Source: Thermodesulfovibrionales bacterium (GTDB lineage: Bacteria; Nitrospirota; Thermodesulfovibrionia; Thermodesulfovibrionales; UBA6898). Taken from it: a stretch of DNA of 38,364 nucleotides. A model generated the notes under the pieces. It was not told the DNA's origin and did not search any database. It saw only the letters and a list, made by a program, of their open reading frames with translations. Where the stretch lies: contig JBIOIY010000028.1 in assembly GCA_044450345.1 (NCBI GenBank), positions 1 to 38,364 on the forward strand, in the 5' to 3' direction. Below are positions 1 through 9,050 of this stretch, in pieces (positions within the stretch are counted from its first letter, which is position 1; the number at the start of each line of letters is the position of its first letter). The position numbers and the translations under genes are program-made.

Positions 1-222
1 AGAAAACAAAATATTCGAGAAGACAAAAAAAACATAAAATCAGACTGGTAAGATTTGTGCATTTCGTCTTTTGTGATAATAGTGACCAAAAAGCGAATAT
101 TCGCATTAGGGAATTTGTCCGTGTTGATTTCCGAGTATACCCGAGACACATCAATATCATGGCTCCAGTGCGGATTCCAGGAAGGACTTCTTCGTGAGCG
201 TTTCGGGTCAAACCAGAAGGGT

Positions 223-1230
223 TTAGTACCCTTCCAGGGTGAAGGACGTAAAGACTATGGGGAGCAGGCATATCAAAACAAAAACTGTCAAACAAATTAT
301 TGAGACGAGCGCCCATCTGCGCTGTACTCCGGGGATGAGGGCCGAAAGCGTCCTGATCTTCCTGAATGGTTCGACGATCCCGGCCATTGCTCCGAAAAAG
401 CTCCCGGCAAAAAGGGAAAAGTAGAGCGGATATCCTGCGTAATAATATTCCGACTGCAGCATATCAAAAGGGCAGTGGTGAGTCGGTATCTGGTAAAAAT
501 AAAGAGAGACGAAAGAGATGATCGCCGCAATCGATATGGGGAAGAAGCCCGCCGACAGAATCGAAAAGGGAATAACGAAGAGTTTGCGGGCCGATTTCAT
601 CGCAGCAATGCCGAAAGCAATAACCAGGGCAAAAGAACCGAAGAAGACGACTTCTGTCTGCCGGACCGGCAGAGAGGCGAGGGAACTGCCGATGCTCGTT
701 CCTCCCTCGCTGAAGAGTACACCGCAGCAAGAGGTGATGACGTTTGGGTCGATGCTTTTGAAATACAGAAGTTGCAGGACATATCCGGCAAAGACCAGCG
801 GCACGACGAATAGCAGAAGCCTGTATTTTTTTTTGGTCAGCGGATAGTCTTCAGCCCTGCTGTCAAGACTGTCCATGGCGATCCAGGCAGATGCGAAGAA
901 GAAGATCGCGATCTTTATGTAAAGCGCCGGGAAACCGAAGGAGTTCGCATTCAGCGAGCCGGTAGCGCACATCGCTCCCACGAGCAGATTATGCAGGTCG
1001 TCTGCGGTATAGATAAAGATGAAGGCCGAGACTATCTCAAAGGCCAGCCCGTATCTGACAAGCGTCGAGACGAGGTAGGTCTTTCTCTCGAGCGCCAGTT
1101 GCTCTTCTGAACTGCTCCCCATGTCCCAGTTCCTCAATATCTTTATCCCGAGGCCGGCCGCGTAGGTAAGGAGCGCGAGTGTAATTCCGGAACCCAATAG
1201 CAGGGCGATGATGCCGGGTTGGAGGAGCAT
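223..1230 (-). CDS. Polytopic membrane protein (about 8-9 TM segments) with Cys/His motifs; last gene of the NosL-like/ABC operon
   Basis: 335 aa, many hydrophobic segments, motifs GAMCA, TSCCG and HHCPF; ATG starts 3 nt after the ATPase stop. Confidence 0.85.
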   Translation of the reverse strand: MLLQPGIIALLLGSGITLALLTYAAGLGIKILRNWDMGSSSEEQLALERKTYLVSTLVRYGLAFEIVSAFIFIYTADDLHNLLVGAMCATGSLNANSFGFPALYIKIAIFFFASAWIAMDSLDSRAEDYPLTKKKYRLLLFVVPLVFAGYVLQLLYFKSIDPNVITSCCGVLFSEGGTSIGSSLASLPVRQTEVVFFGSFALVIAFGIAAMKSARKLFVIPFSILSAGFFPISIAAIISFVSLYFYQIPTHHCPFDMLQSEYYYAGYPLYFSLFAGSFFGAMAGIVEPFRKIRTLSALIPGVQRRWALVSIICLTVFVLICLLPIVFTSFTLEGY

Positions 1231-1233
1231 CCC

Positions 1234-1929
1234 TTATTTCCTTACAACGCTCCTGACCGTGCCGTCGCGCATCTCGACTGTCAGGGTGATAAATTCATTC
1301 TCGAATACTATCGGGTCGTGAGAGGCGATGATAACTGTCTTGCCCTTGTCCCACAGTCCCTTCATGATGCCCATATAGTCCCGCGAGAGCGCAGTATCAA
1401 GATGGGCGGTCGGCTCATCGGCGAGCATGATCTCAGGATCATTTATCAACGCCCTTGCGATGGCGGTCCTTTGCTGCTCTCCGCCGGATAGGCCCTGCAC
1501 GGGGAAGTCCCTCCGTTTGGACATCCCGAGCCCTTCGAGTATCCCTTCGGCTTTTTTCCCCAGCGTGCTCATATCTATGTCGGTAGGATAAAGTGGTACC
1601 ATGACGTTTTCAATAACGGACATGCCCTGGATGAGATGAAACTGCTGGAAGATAAACCCGAAGGTCTTTCGCCGGATATCGGTGAGAAACCTCTCCGGGA
1701 GGTGCGAGATGTCCCTCTCCTCCACTGTGATCGATCCAGAAGTCGGCCGGGTCATGCAGCCGATGAGTGAAAGGATAGTGGTCTTGCCCGAGCCACTCGG
1801 CCCTTTGAAGACCACGAAGTCACCGCGTTCGACGCCGATTGAGACACCATTTACCGCAAGCGCCTCGTTGGCCTTTCCCTTGTTGTAGTACTTCGTAAGG
1901 GATTCAGTTTTTATTATGGTTTTGTTCAT
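1234..1929 (-). CDS. ABC transporter ATP-binding protein, LolD/MacB/FtsE type
   Basis: Walker A GPSGSGKT, GFIFQQFHLI, signature LSGGEQQR, Walker B MLADEPT, SHD. Confidence 0.95.
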   Translation of the reverse strand: MNKTIIKTESLTKYYNKGKANEALAVNGVSIGVERGDFVVFKGPSGSGKTTILSLIGCMTRPTSGSITVEERDISHLPERFLTDIRRKTFGFIFQQFHLIQGMSVIENVMVPLYPTDIDMSTLGKKAEGILEGLGMSKRRDFPVQGLSGGEQQRTAIARALINDPEIMLADEPTAHLDTALSRDYMGIMKGLWDKGKTVIIASHDPIVFENEFITLTVEMRDGTVRSVVRK

Positions 1930-1957
1930 GCCTTTAGTTTTTTTATTGCTTCTTCCT

Positions 1958-1985
1958 ATTCACCATTCACGTTTCACGATTCGTG
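1958..1985. repeat. Short degenerate heptamer tandem repeat in the intergenic gap
   Basis: ATTCACC ATTCACG TTTCACG ATTCGTG. Confidence 0.45.
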
Positions 1986-1989
1986 TTCT

Positions 1990-3162
1990 TTATCCCCTCA
2001 CCACTTCGTCCGGGTCAGTGATCGCCGCCTTCCAGGAAGGTATGATAGTCGAGGCGATATAAGGAATGACGGTCAATGCCATCATCATCGCGATCTGATA
2101 GGGTGCGATGAAGGGAACGAGCCTGAAATCAGGATAGATCACTGACCAGCCTTTCAGGACGGGCGCAAAGAGGGACGCCCCGAAGAAGTATACATGAAGG
2201 TACGCCAGGATTACCCCCAGGAGGAAGGAAGAGAGCGAGATGACGAGCCCCTCCCAGAATTTCATCTCGAGGACGTCGGAGGTCTCCCATCCTAAGGCCT
2301 TTAGTATGCCTATCTCTTTTTTCTCCTCTGCACTGAGTCCGGATGCCTTGTCCCAGGCCAGTATTATAAAGGCCACCAGCGCCCCGGCAAATAGGGTCAC
2401 AATAAGTCCGGACCTCCATCCGAATACCGCATCGTAGGTTCGTATGATCTCTTTTCTCAAAATAGGTCTCGTGTCAGGGAACTGTGCCCTGATTTTTGCC
2501 GCGATGACCGGGGCCTCGGCCTCGTTGCCGACCGATACTGCGAGGTCCGTCGCCATCCCGGCGGGCATACTGAATAACGTTATGATGTCGGGCTCGCTGA
2601 TCACGATAAGGTCGGCAGTAAGGAGCTCGGACTCAGATTCGAAGATACCGACAACCCGGAATTCCATCAGATCGCCGGCAGGTGACAAAAGGGCGATAGT
2701 GCCGCCGAGGTCTACGAACCTGGCCTTCGCGACTCCTCTACCCACGGCCGCAACTCCTTTTTCGTCTTTTCCGGGCAGCTGCCCCCTGAGCAGGCGGTTG
2801 TTCTCCGAAACCGGGGCGGAGGCTGAAGTGACCGTATAGTTCGCCTTTACCAGAGTGTCATAATAATATCCCCAGTAGCGGGGCTCGACCGAGGATACGC
2901 CGGGTATCCCTGCAACGTAATTCGAAAAAGTGACGGGGACCAGCTCATGCCGGCCCGCAGACATCCTCTGGACGAGCAGTTCGGGAGAGCCTTTCAAAAT
3001 GAGCATTGCCTCGCGTTTAAAGGAATACGAAAGAAACAGGATCGAGCCCGCGATGAAGACGACGAACGTGAATACGGCAATGATGCCCAGGTTCTTGAAC
3101 TTCCGCCGCAGAAGCGACTGGAGCGTAAAGTCCAGAACGTTCATATGACTTTTGAGGCTCAT
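1990..3162 (-). CDS. ABC transporter permease, FtsX/MacB/LolC-E family
   Basis: N-terminal TM, large periplasmic domain, KEIGILKALGW motif, C-terminal TMs ending IPSWKAAITDP. Confidence 0.92.
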   Translation of the reverse strand: MSLKSHMNVLDFTLQSLLRRKFKNLGIIAVFTFVVFIAGSILFLSYSFKREAMLILKGSPELLVQRMSAGRHELVPVTFSNYVAGIPGVSSVEPRYWGYYYDTLVKANYTVTSASAPVSENNRLLRGQLPGKDEKGVAAVGRGVAKARFVDLGGTIALLSPAGDLMEFRVVGIFESESELLTADLIVISEPDIITLFSMPAGMATDLAVSVGNEAEAPVIAAKIRAQFPDTRPILRKEIIRTYDAVFGWRSGLIVTLFAGALVAFIILAWDKASGLSAEEKKEIGILKALGWETSDVLEMKFWEGLVISLSSFLLGVILAYLHVYFFGASLFAPVLKGWSVIYPDFRLVPFIAPYQIAMMMALTVIPYIASTIIPSWKAAITDPDEVVRG

Positions 3163-3476
3163 CGGCCCTTTACTTTCATCGCGGTGCCGAGAGAACTGAA
3201 ATCAGGAGGGGGCGTGACAGAGCCTGAAGGGAAATGCTCTATCGACCCCGGGTAGTCCTGAAAAGCGGAAAAGATGTCAGCCTGCGAGGGATGCCTCGTA
3301 TACCGCGCATCGTTCGAAAAGGAGATGTCCGTCAGTTTTAGTGCTGAGGTTATCTCACTGAGATCGCGGCCTGCCGACTGAAACCTTGAGACGTTCACCT
3401 CCGAGGTCACTCCAAGAAAGAGGATTGTCAGAAGGCAGAGAAAAACGAAGAGTGAAAAGGCCAGGGATTTTCGCAA
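3159..3476 (-). CDS. Small membrane-anchored hypothetical protein
   Basis: TTG directly after the NosL-like stop; ATGA overlap with the permease; N-terminal TM; motif-like ARYTRHPSQAD...FQDYPGSIEHFPSGS. Confidence 0.75.
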   Translation of the reverse strand: MRKSLAFSLFVFLCLLTILFLGVTSEVNVSRFQSAGRDLSEITSALKLTDISFSNDARYTRHPSQADIFSAFQDYPGSIEHFPSGSVTPPPDFSSLGTAMKVKGR

Positions 3477-3962
3477 TTACCTAACGTCCTCCTTCTTTAC
3501 CCCGCCGAACTCAAGTATTTTTTTGCCGTGGTGGTCCTTCATGAACTCCTTTGCCTTTTCCATCGTGTCGATGGGGACGAGTTCAAAGCCCATGGGACCG
3601 TCAACGTCGCTGCCCTTAACGAAGAAGAGTTTTTTCGCATCCATAAATTTAGCCGAATAATATTCGGTCACATAGACCGCCTCGATATCGGCCTGTTTCT
3701 TTGAAGGGTTATACTTGTCGATGTTGAAGTAATACCTGAACATGTCTTTTGGCCCGTCGAAGAGGGCATATGTCCCATCTTTAAAAATTACCTGGGAGAT
3801 CCAGTTAGGATACCCTGCGACCAGCATCCCGCACACCCGGCACTTGTCGCTCTTTTTCACCTCAACAGGCTTCCTCTCTGCGGCCGGCGCTGCGGCAGAG
3901 AAGAAAAGAAACGCCGCAACAGCTGTCACTACTCCTAACCCTAACTTTACTTTCTTACCCAT
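3477..3962 (-). CDS. NosL-family exported metal(Cu)-binding protein
   Basis: Start reassigned to ATG 3962 (SD GAGGGAGG); signal peptide ending APAA; CRVCGM, FDGPKDM and GPMGFELVP motifs. Confidence 0.85.
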   Translation of the reverse strand: MGKKVKLGLGVVTAVAAFLFFSAAAPAAERKPVEVKKSDKCRVCGMLVAGYPNWISQVIFKDGTYALFDGPKDMFRYYFNIDKYNPSKKQADIEAVYVTEYYSAKFMDAKKLFFVKGSDVDGPMGFELVPIDTMEKAKEFMKDHHGKKILEFGGVKKEDVR

Positions 3963-4104
3963 GATGCCTCCCTCTTCGTCAAAAAGTAGCCGTTGATGGA
4001 CAAGTGACGGTGAACGCCCTCGTATTCCGTCAACGGACAATGGACATTTCCGTCGTCAATTATTATATATCATGATATGACGCGGATGTCCCCCTTGCAC
4101 ATGA

Positions 4105-4173
4105 AATAGTTGGTAGTGTCTCGGTTGGACACTGCCCAATAGTTGGTAGTGTCTCGGTTGGACATTACCCAAT
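4105..4173. repeat. Two tandem 33-bp units, each a GTAG-containing hairpin (REP-like)
   Basis: AATAGTTGGTAGTGTCTCGGTTGGACACTGCCC then AATAGTTGGTAGTGTCTCGGTTGGACATTACCC; arms GGTAGTGTC/GACAYTRCC around a 7-nt loop. Confidence 0.85.
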
Positions 4174-4281
4174 CGTTTAAAAAATGGCTTATCTATGGTA
4201 AAATAATCGAAACTTTAGGGTATTTAGGCCGCTTCCGCCGCAGTCAGGTCCGATGAAGCTGCCTTGAGGAGAAAGTGGACT

Positions 4282-6018
4282 ATGAAAATGTCAGGCGCGG
4301 AAATATTCATAGAATGTCTTAAGAAGGAAGGTGTGAAGTATCTGTTTGGCTACCCCGGCGGCGTCGTCCTGAATATATTCGACTCCCTTCACGACGAAAA
4401 GGACCTTCAGCTCATCCTGACAAGGCATGAACAGGGAGCTGTCCATGCTGCCGACGGATACGCAAGGGCGACCGGAAAGGCCGGCGTGGTGCTGGTCACC
4501 TCAGGGCCCGGCGCTACAAATACTGTTACCGGGATTGCTACGGCATCAATGGATTCTATCCCACTCGTCGTTTTTTCCGGCCAGGTGCCGACGATGCTTA
4601 TAGGCAATGATGCCTTTCAGGAGGCGGACATAGTCGGGATAACGAGGCCCTGCACTAAATACAATTACCTTGTAAAAGATGTTAATGAGCTGTCGACGAT
4701 CATCAAGGAGGCGTTCTATATCGCCACGACGGGCAGGCCGGGGCCTGTCCTGATCGACCTTCCGAAGGACGTCACGACAGCGAAGGCGGACTTTGTCTGG
4801 CCTGACTCTGTCGATATGAGGACCTATAAGCCTACCTACGAGGGCAACCGCTACATGATCAACCAGGCCGCCCACATGATAGCAAAGGCGAAGAAGCCGG
4901 TCTTCGTCGGGGGCGGGGGCGTGATCAGCTCAGGGGCGGCAAAGGAACTCAAGGAACTCGCTGAATATACCGAAATCCCGGTCACGATGACGTTGATGGG
5001 ACTCGGAGGGTTTCCCGGCAGCCACAAGCTATCGCTGGGCATGCCCGGCATGCACGGAACGTATTACGCAAACAAGGCGATACAGGAGTCCGACCTTCTC
5101 GTTGCCATCGGCATGCGTTTCGACGACAGGGTAACCGGCAAGATCAGCGCTTTTGCTCCGAACGCAAAGATAGTGCATATCGATATCGACCCCACGTCCA
5201 TCAAAAAGAATGTGCGCGTCGACGTGCCGATAGTAGGCGATGTCAAAAAAGTCCTCCAGGCGATGAACAAGGTACTGAAGGAAGAAGTGAAGGAACAGTG
5301 GCAGGAAGTGAGAAAGGCGTGGCTCAAACAGATAAGCGCCTGGAAGGCCGAAAGACCGATGTCTTACGACAAGGACACCGATATCATAAAGCCGCAGTAC
5401 GTTGTCGAGAAGATAAATGAACTTACAAAGGGAGACGCCATAATTTGTACGGAGGTGGGACAGAACCAGATGTGGACTGCACAGTTTTATAAGTTCGATA
5501 AGCCCCGTACGCTCCTTACTTCCGGCGGGCTCGGAACGATGGGCTATGGCTTCCCCGCAGCAATAGGCGCGCAGTTTGCCTTCCCGAACAAACTCGTCAT
5601 AGATATTGCCGGAGACGGGAGCATCCAGATGAACATACAGGAACTCGCAACTGCGGTGATCAATAAGCTTCCGGTCAAGGTCGCTATACTGAACAACCGG
5701 TTTCTTGGAATGGTGAGACAGTGGCAGGAACTTTTCTTCAAGGAGAGGTACGCGCATACCAGGCTCGAAGAGACGATACCTGACTTCGTCAAGATTGCCG
5801 AGGCGTATGGCGCGGTCGGGCTTAGGGCGACAAAACGTTCCGAAGTTGAGCCTGTCCTGAGAGAGGCATTCAGCATCAAGCGGCCGGTATTTATGGATTT
5901 CGTGATCGACTGGAAGGAGAAGGTATACCCGATGGTGCCCGCGGGCGCTGCGATCGACGAGATGCTTTTCCGCGAAGATGAGAAGAAGTCCGAGAAGAAA
6001 CTGAAGGCGGTCAAGTAA
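4282..6018 (+). CDS. ilvB: Acetolactate synthase large subunit
   Basis: [33 protein letters not shown] motif GDGSIQMN...LNN; ATG 4282 after GAGGAG. Confidence 0.97.
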   Translation: MKMSGAEIFIECLKKEGVKYLFGYPGGVVLNIFDSLHDEKDLQLILTRHEQGAVHAADGYARATGKAGVVLVTSGPGATNTVTGIATASMDSIPLVVFSGQVPTMLIGNDAFQEADIVGITRPCTKYNYLVKDVNELSTIIKEAFYIATTGRPGPVLIDLPKDVTTAKADFVWPDSVDMRTYKPTYEGNRYMINQAAHMIAKAKKPVFVGGGGVISSGAAKELKELAEYTEIPVTMTLMGLGGFPGSHKLSLGMPGMHGTYYANKAIQESDLLVAIGMRFDDRVTGKISAFAPNAKIVHIDIDPTSIKKNVRVDVPIVGDVKKVLQAMNKVLKEEVKEQWQEVRKAWLKQISAWKAERPMSYDKDTDIIKPQYVVEKINELTKGDAIICTEVGQNQMWTAQFYKFDKPRTLLTSGGLGTMGYGFPAAIGAQFAFPNKLVIDIAGDGSIQMNIQELATAVINKLPVKVAILNNRFLGMVRQWQELFFKERYAHTRLEETIPDFVKIAEAYGAVGLRATKRSEVEPVLREAFSIKRPVFMDFVIDWKEKVYPMVPAGAAIDEMLFREDEKKSEKKLKAVK

Positions 6019-6065
6019 AACGATGCCCCCTTGGGGGGATTAAAGAGGGGTTATAGAGGAGAGCT

Positions 6066-6554
6066 ATGAGACATACAATATCGATACTCGTCGAAAATAA
6101 ATTCGGCGTGCTTTCCAGGATTTCAGGACTGTTCAGCGGCAGGGGATACAACATCGAGAGCCTTTCCGTCGGCGAGACGATAGACCCGCAGGTGTCGGTC
6201 ATGACGATCGTGACGGTGGGGGACGACTGGATCATAGAGCAGATCACGAAACAGCTTAACAAGCTTATCGACGTGATCAAGGTGGTGGATATGACCGAAC
6301 TCGACCATGTCGAGCGTGAGATGGTCCTTATCAAGGTCGCCCCCCGGCAAGAGGACAAGGCAGAGGTCCTGAGGCTTGCCGAGATCTTCAGGGGCAGGGT
6401 GATCGACTCGAGCCAAAAGACCTATACCATCGAGATCACCGGAGAAGAAAAGAAGATAGCCGCGCTTGTGGAGCTTCTGAGGCCGATGGGGATCAAGGAA
6501 TTTGTGAGGACCGGCAAGATCGCGATCGCAAGGGAAGGCACCAGAAAGCCGTAA
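6066..6554 (+). CDS. ilvN: Acetolactate synthase small (regulatory, ACT) subunit
   Basis: [56 protein letters not shown]. Confidence 0.97.
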   Translation: MRHTISILVENKFGVLSRISGLFSGRGYNIESLSVGETIDPQVSVMTIVTVGDDWIIEQITKQLNKLIDVIKVVDMTELDHVEREMVLIKVAPRQEDKAEVLRLAEIFRGRVIDSSQKTYTIEITGEEKKIAALVELLRPMGIKEFVRTGKIAIAREGTRKP

Positions 6555-6619
6555 GTTTTTCGGTGGTCACCTGATACGCTCTGCTTTTTAAAGGCCGGAT
6601 TTATCCCTGCTTCCCGGTC

Positions 6620-7402
6620 CTACTTGAAAATGTCCACCCAGATCTTTGTGGCTGTCCCGATGATGATCACGGCGAGCAGCCATCTCAGATAGTGTGTCTT
6701 TGTCTTTTTGCCGACGACACTGCCCAACCTTGCAAAAGGCATCGCCCCGACAAGGAGCGCGGCGGCCATATGAAAGGGCACCTGACCGGTGGCGACCTTT
6801 CCGACGAGCCCGGCTGACGAAGAAAACAGCCCGATCGCAAGGGTGCTTCCCAGCGCCACTCTAAGGGGTATCTTCAGGACATACAGCAGGATTGGGATGA
6901 TTATGAAGGCGCCGCCCTGTCCCACCATCCCGATCAGGAAGCCGATCAACACGCCTATGACGATGGCGGTGGGCCTATGGAACGTCACCTTCTCCTCGGT
7001 CATCTCGTCTTTGCCATAACTTCGGGGGATGAGCATCATCACCGAGGCGGTAAAAGCGAGAGCCCCGAATATAAACAGCAGCGGCTTGTCCGGCACCATC
7101 TTCGAGAGAAAGGAACCGGTAAGAGAAGACATAAATAGCGAGAGGCCGAGCGTGAGCACAAGAGGTTTATTAACAAGGTTGTGCTTGTTATAAAAGAACA
7201 GTGCGACAAGTGAAGCGAAAAATCCCTGTATCATGGTGAGGCCTGTGATGCTCTTGACGCCTACGGGATCAAGGCCGAATGCCGGGGGCAGATAAAGAAG
7301 AAGCGGGAACATGAGTATGCCTCCGCCTATTCCTAGCAGGCCTGAAAAAAAACCGACGATGGCGCCTGCAATGATCAAAAGGAGATAGGGCGCTGCGTGC
7401 AC
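6620..7402 (-). CDS. TauE/SafE (TSUP) sulfite-exporter family membrane protein
   Basis: GLLGIGGG and GMVGQGGA repeat motifs, about 8 TMs, 260 aa; GTG starts 1 nt after the selD stop. Confidence 0.9.
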   Translation of the reverse strand: MHAAPYLLLIIAGAIVGFFSGLLGIGGGILMFPLLLYLPPAFGLDPVGVKSITGLTMIQGFFASLVALFFYNKHNLVNKPLVLTLGLSLFMSSLTGSFLSKMVPDKPLLFIFGALAFTASVMMLIPRSYGKDEMTEEKVTFHRPTAIVIGVLIGFLIGMVGQGGAFIIIPILLYVLKIPLRVALGSTLAIGLFSSSAGLVGKVATGQVPFHMAAALLVGAMPFARLGSVVGKKTKTHYLRWLLAVIIIGTATKIWVDIFK

Positions 7403-7403
7403 G

Positions 7404-8450
7404 CTATTTCTCCACGAAGATCTCGGTGTTGTCCCTTACCTCTCCCTCAAGCAGATCCCCGATATAGGCAGCCAGGAGGCCTTCCTTCTGCAGGGTCGCC
7501 ATCAGTTTTTCTTTTCTTTCCCGGGGGACAAAGATGAGGAGTCCTCCCGATGTCTGGGCGTCGCACAGGAGGACCTTTTCATGATCAGGGACGTCGTCCG
7601 CCCATGTGATGTAAGGCGTATACGTCTTGAGGTTACCGAGCGTGCCACCCGGCGCGATATCGATCTCCGCGAGCCTGACGGCCTCATCGAAAAAGGGCAC
7701 GAGGCTCGTACGAATGTGCGCCCTGCACTTGCTTGCAGAAAGCACCTCGTGCAGATGCCCTATAAGGCCGAACCCTGTAATGTCCGTTGCCGTATTTACG
7801 CCGACCTCAATCATTATTTCTCCGGCCCTTTTATTCAATGTCGCCATCGAAAGGGTCAGCTCTTCAATGACCGTGTTGCTGCACATCCCGGCCTTTATAC
7901 CGGTAGATACAACCCCGGTTCCGATCTTCTTCGTGAGTATCAGGGCATCGCCAGGTTTTGCCTTGGAGTTATCGAGGATCTTGTCAGGATGGATCGTACC
8001 CATGACCGCGTAGCCGAATTTCGGTTCCTTGTCCCTGATGGTATGTCCGCCGATAATTGATACTCCGGCCTCGGCCATCTTATCGATCCCTCCCTGCATG
8101 ATTCTTTGAAGCGTGGGGAAAAAGGCTGGCTGGCTCGGGAACATCGCGATATTCAGCGCGACGATAGGTTTGCCGCCCATCGCCCATACGTCCGACAGCG
8201 CATTGGCGGCCGCGATCGCACCGAACCAATAAGGGTCATCGACAATCGGTGTGAAGAAATCGGTAGTCAGTACTACGGCAATATCATCGGTAATCTTGTA
8301 CACGCCGGCGTCATCGGCGTTAGAGGAGTCGACAAGTACATTCTTATCTGTGAGAGCTGGCAGCTGCCCCAGCACCTGGGACAGGTCCGAAGGACTGAAT
8401 TTTGCCGCTCAACCCGCGCAGCTGGAAAGTTCCGTAAGCTTGATAGACAT
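7404..8450 (-). CDS. selD: Selenide, water dikinase (selenophosphate synthetase), selenocysteine-containing (U14, TGA at 8409-8411); 348 aa
   Basis: SD GAGGAGG then ATG 8450; reads MSIKLTELSSCAG-TGA-AAKFSPSDLSQV in frame into the 323-aa ORF; DDAGVY, TTDFFTP, ANALSDVWAMGG, GGHT, TDITGFGL, DAQTSGGLL. Confidence 0.95.
8364..8384 (-). promoter_or_regulatory. Candidate bacterial SECIS hairpin of selD
   Basis: mRNA CUGUCCCAG-GUG-CUGGGGCAG, 9-bp stem with one U-G pair, G-first loop 33 nt after the UGA. Confidence 0.65.
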
Positions 8451-8486
8451 CGTTACCACCTCCTCTTTTACAATGTGATATCTGTG

Positions 8487-8828
8487 CTACCGTGTCCTCG
8501 TTCCTGGATAAGTGCCCTTCTTCGTTACCGGGCAGCAGGCCGGCGCAGGCAGCGTCTCTTTATAGTCTTTCTGAAGCAGATCGATAAGATCCGGGATCAT
8601 CGGGTCTTTAAGGAAATAGCACTTGAGTCTCCCGTCGACAAAAAAATCGATCAGCCCGTATCTCCTCATGAGGGAGAGATGTTGGGAGACATTCGGCTGG
8701 CGTATTTCGAGGAACTCCTCAAAATCGCTTACGCACTTCACCCCTTTGCGCAGTTCTTTGAGTATCTTTATCCTGACGGGGTGGGCGATGACTTTCAGCA
8801 CTTCTATTTTCCTGTCTATCTCGGTCAC
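8487..8828 (-). CDS. ArsR/SmtB-family transcriptional repressor with a C-terminal PAPACCP tail
   Basis: AHPVRIKIL, KCVSD, QPNVSQHLSLMR helix-turn-helix; GTG start after SD AAGGAG. Confidence 0.92.
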   Translation of the reverse strand: MTEIDRKIEVLKVIAHPVRIKILKELRKGVKCVSDFEEFLEIRQPNVSQHLSLMRRYGLIDFFVDGRLKCYFLKDPMIPDLIDLLQKDYKETLPAPACCPVTKKGTYPGTRTR

Positions 8829-8849
8829 AGTAACTCCTTATCGCTTTTA

Positions 8850-8879
8850 ATAATAATTAATGCAGAAGGATGTTATCAA
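8850..8879 (-). promoter_or_regulatory. Putative sigma70 promoter for arsR-selD-tauE
   Basis: TTGATA-18 nt-TATTAT on the minus strand, 21 nt before the GTG. Confidence 0.45.
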
Positions 8880-9050
8880 TAAAAAAGTTATAACTGCCTC
8901 TGTCCCTCTCTGAGGATTCCGTGAGGCGAGCAAGAATTTTTAGATGGCGCCCGTCGGTTTTTGGAGGCCCCTTTGTTACAAAAGTCAGTATTGTGACATG
9001 AATTTGCAGCTACCAGATTCCCGGTTCTCCTATTTTTCGCATGCCTTTTT

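Noticed and set aside
1..222. Gene start running off the left edge on the minus strand
   Set aside because: Two open frames are possible but neither has a convincing SD or motif
4105..4173. Possible mini-CRISPR array
   Set aside because: Two 33-bp units directly abut with no spacer, and no cas genes are present; better explained as tandem REP-like hairpins
4176..4281. Branched-chain amino acid attenuator upstream of ilvB
   Set aside because: No Leu/Ile/Val-rich leader peptide, T-box or terminator is visible after the likely promoter (TTTAAA-17-TAAAAT)
8880..9050. Possible degraded tusA-like gene between sqr and arsR
   Set aside because: An AGGAG is present but there is no proper start, an early stop and no CPxP motif; similarity is too weak
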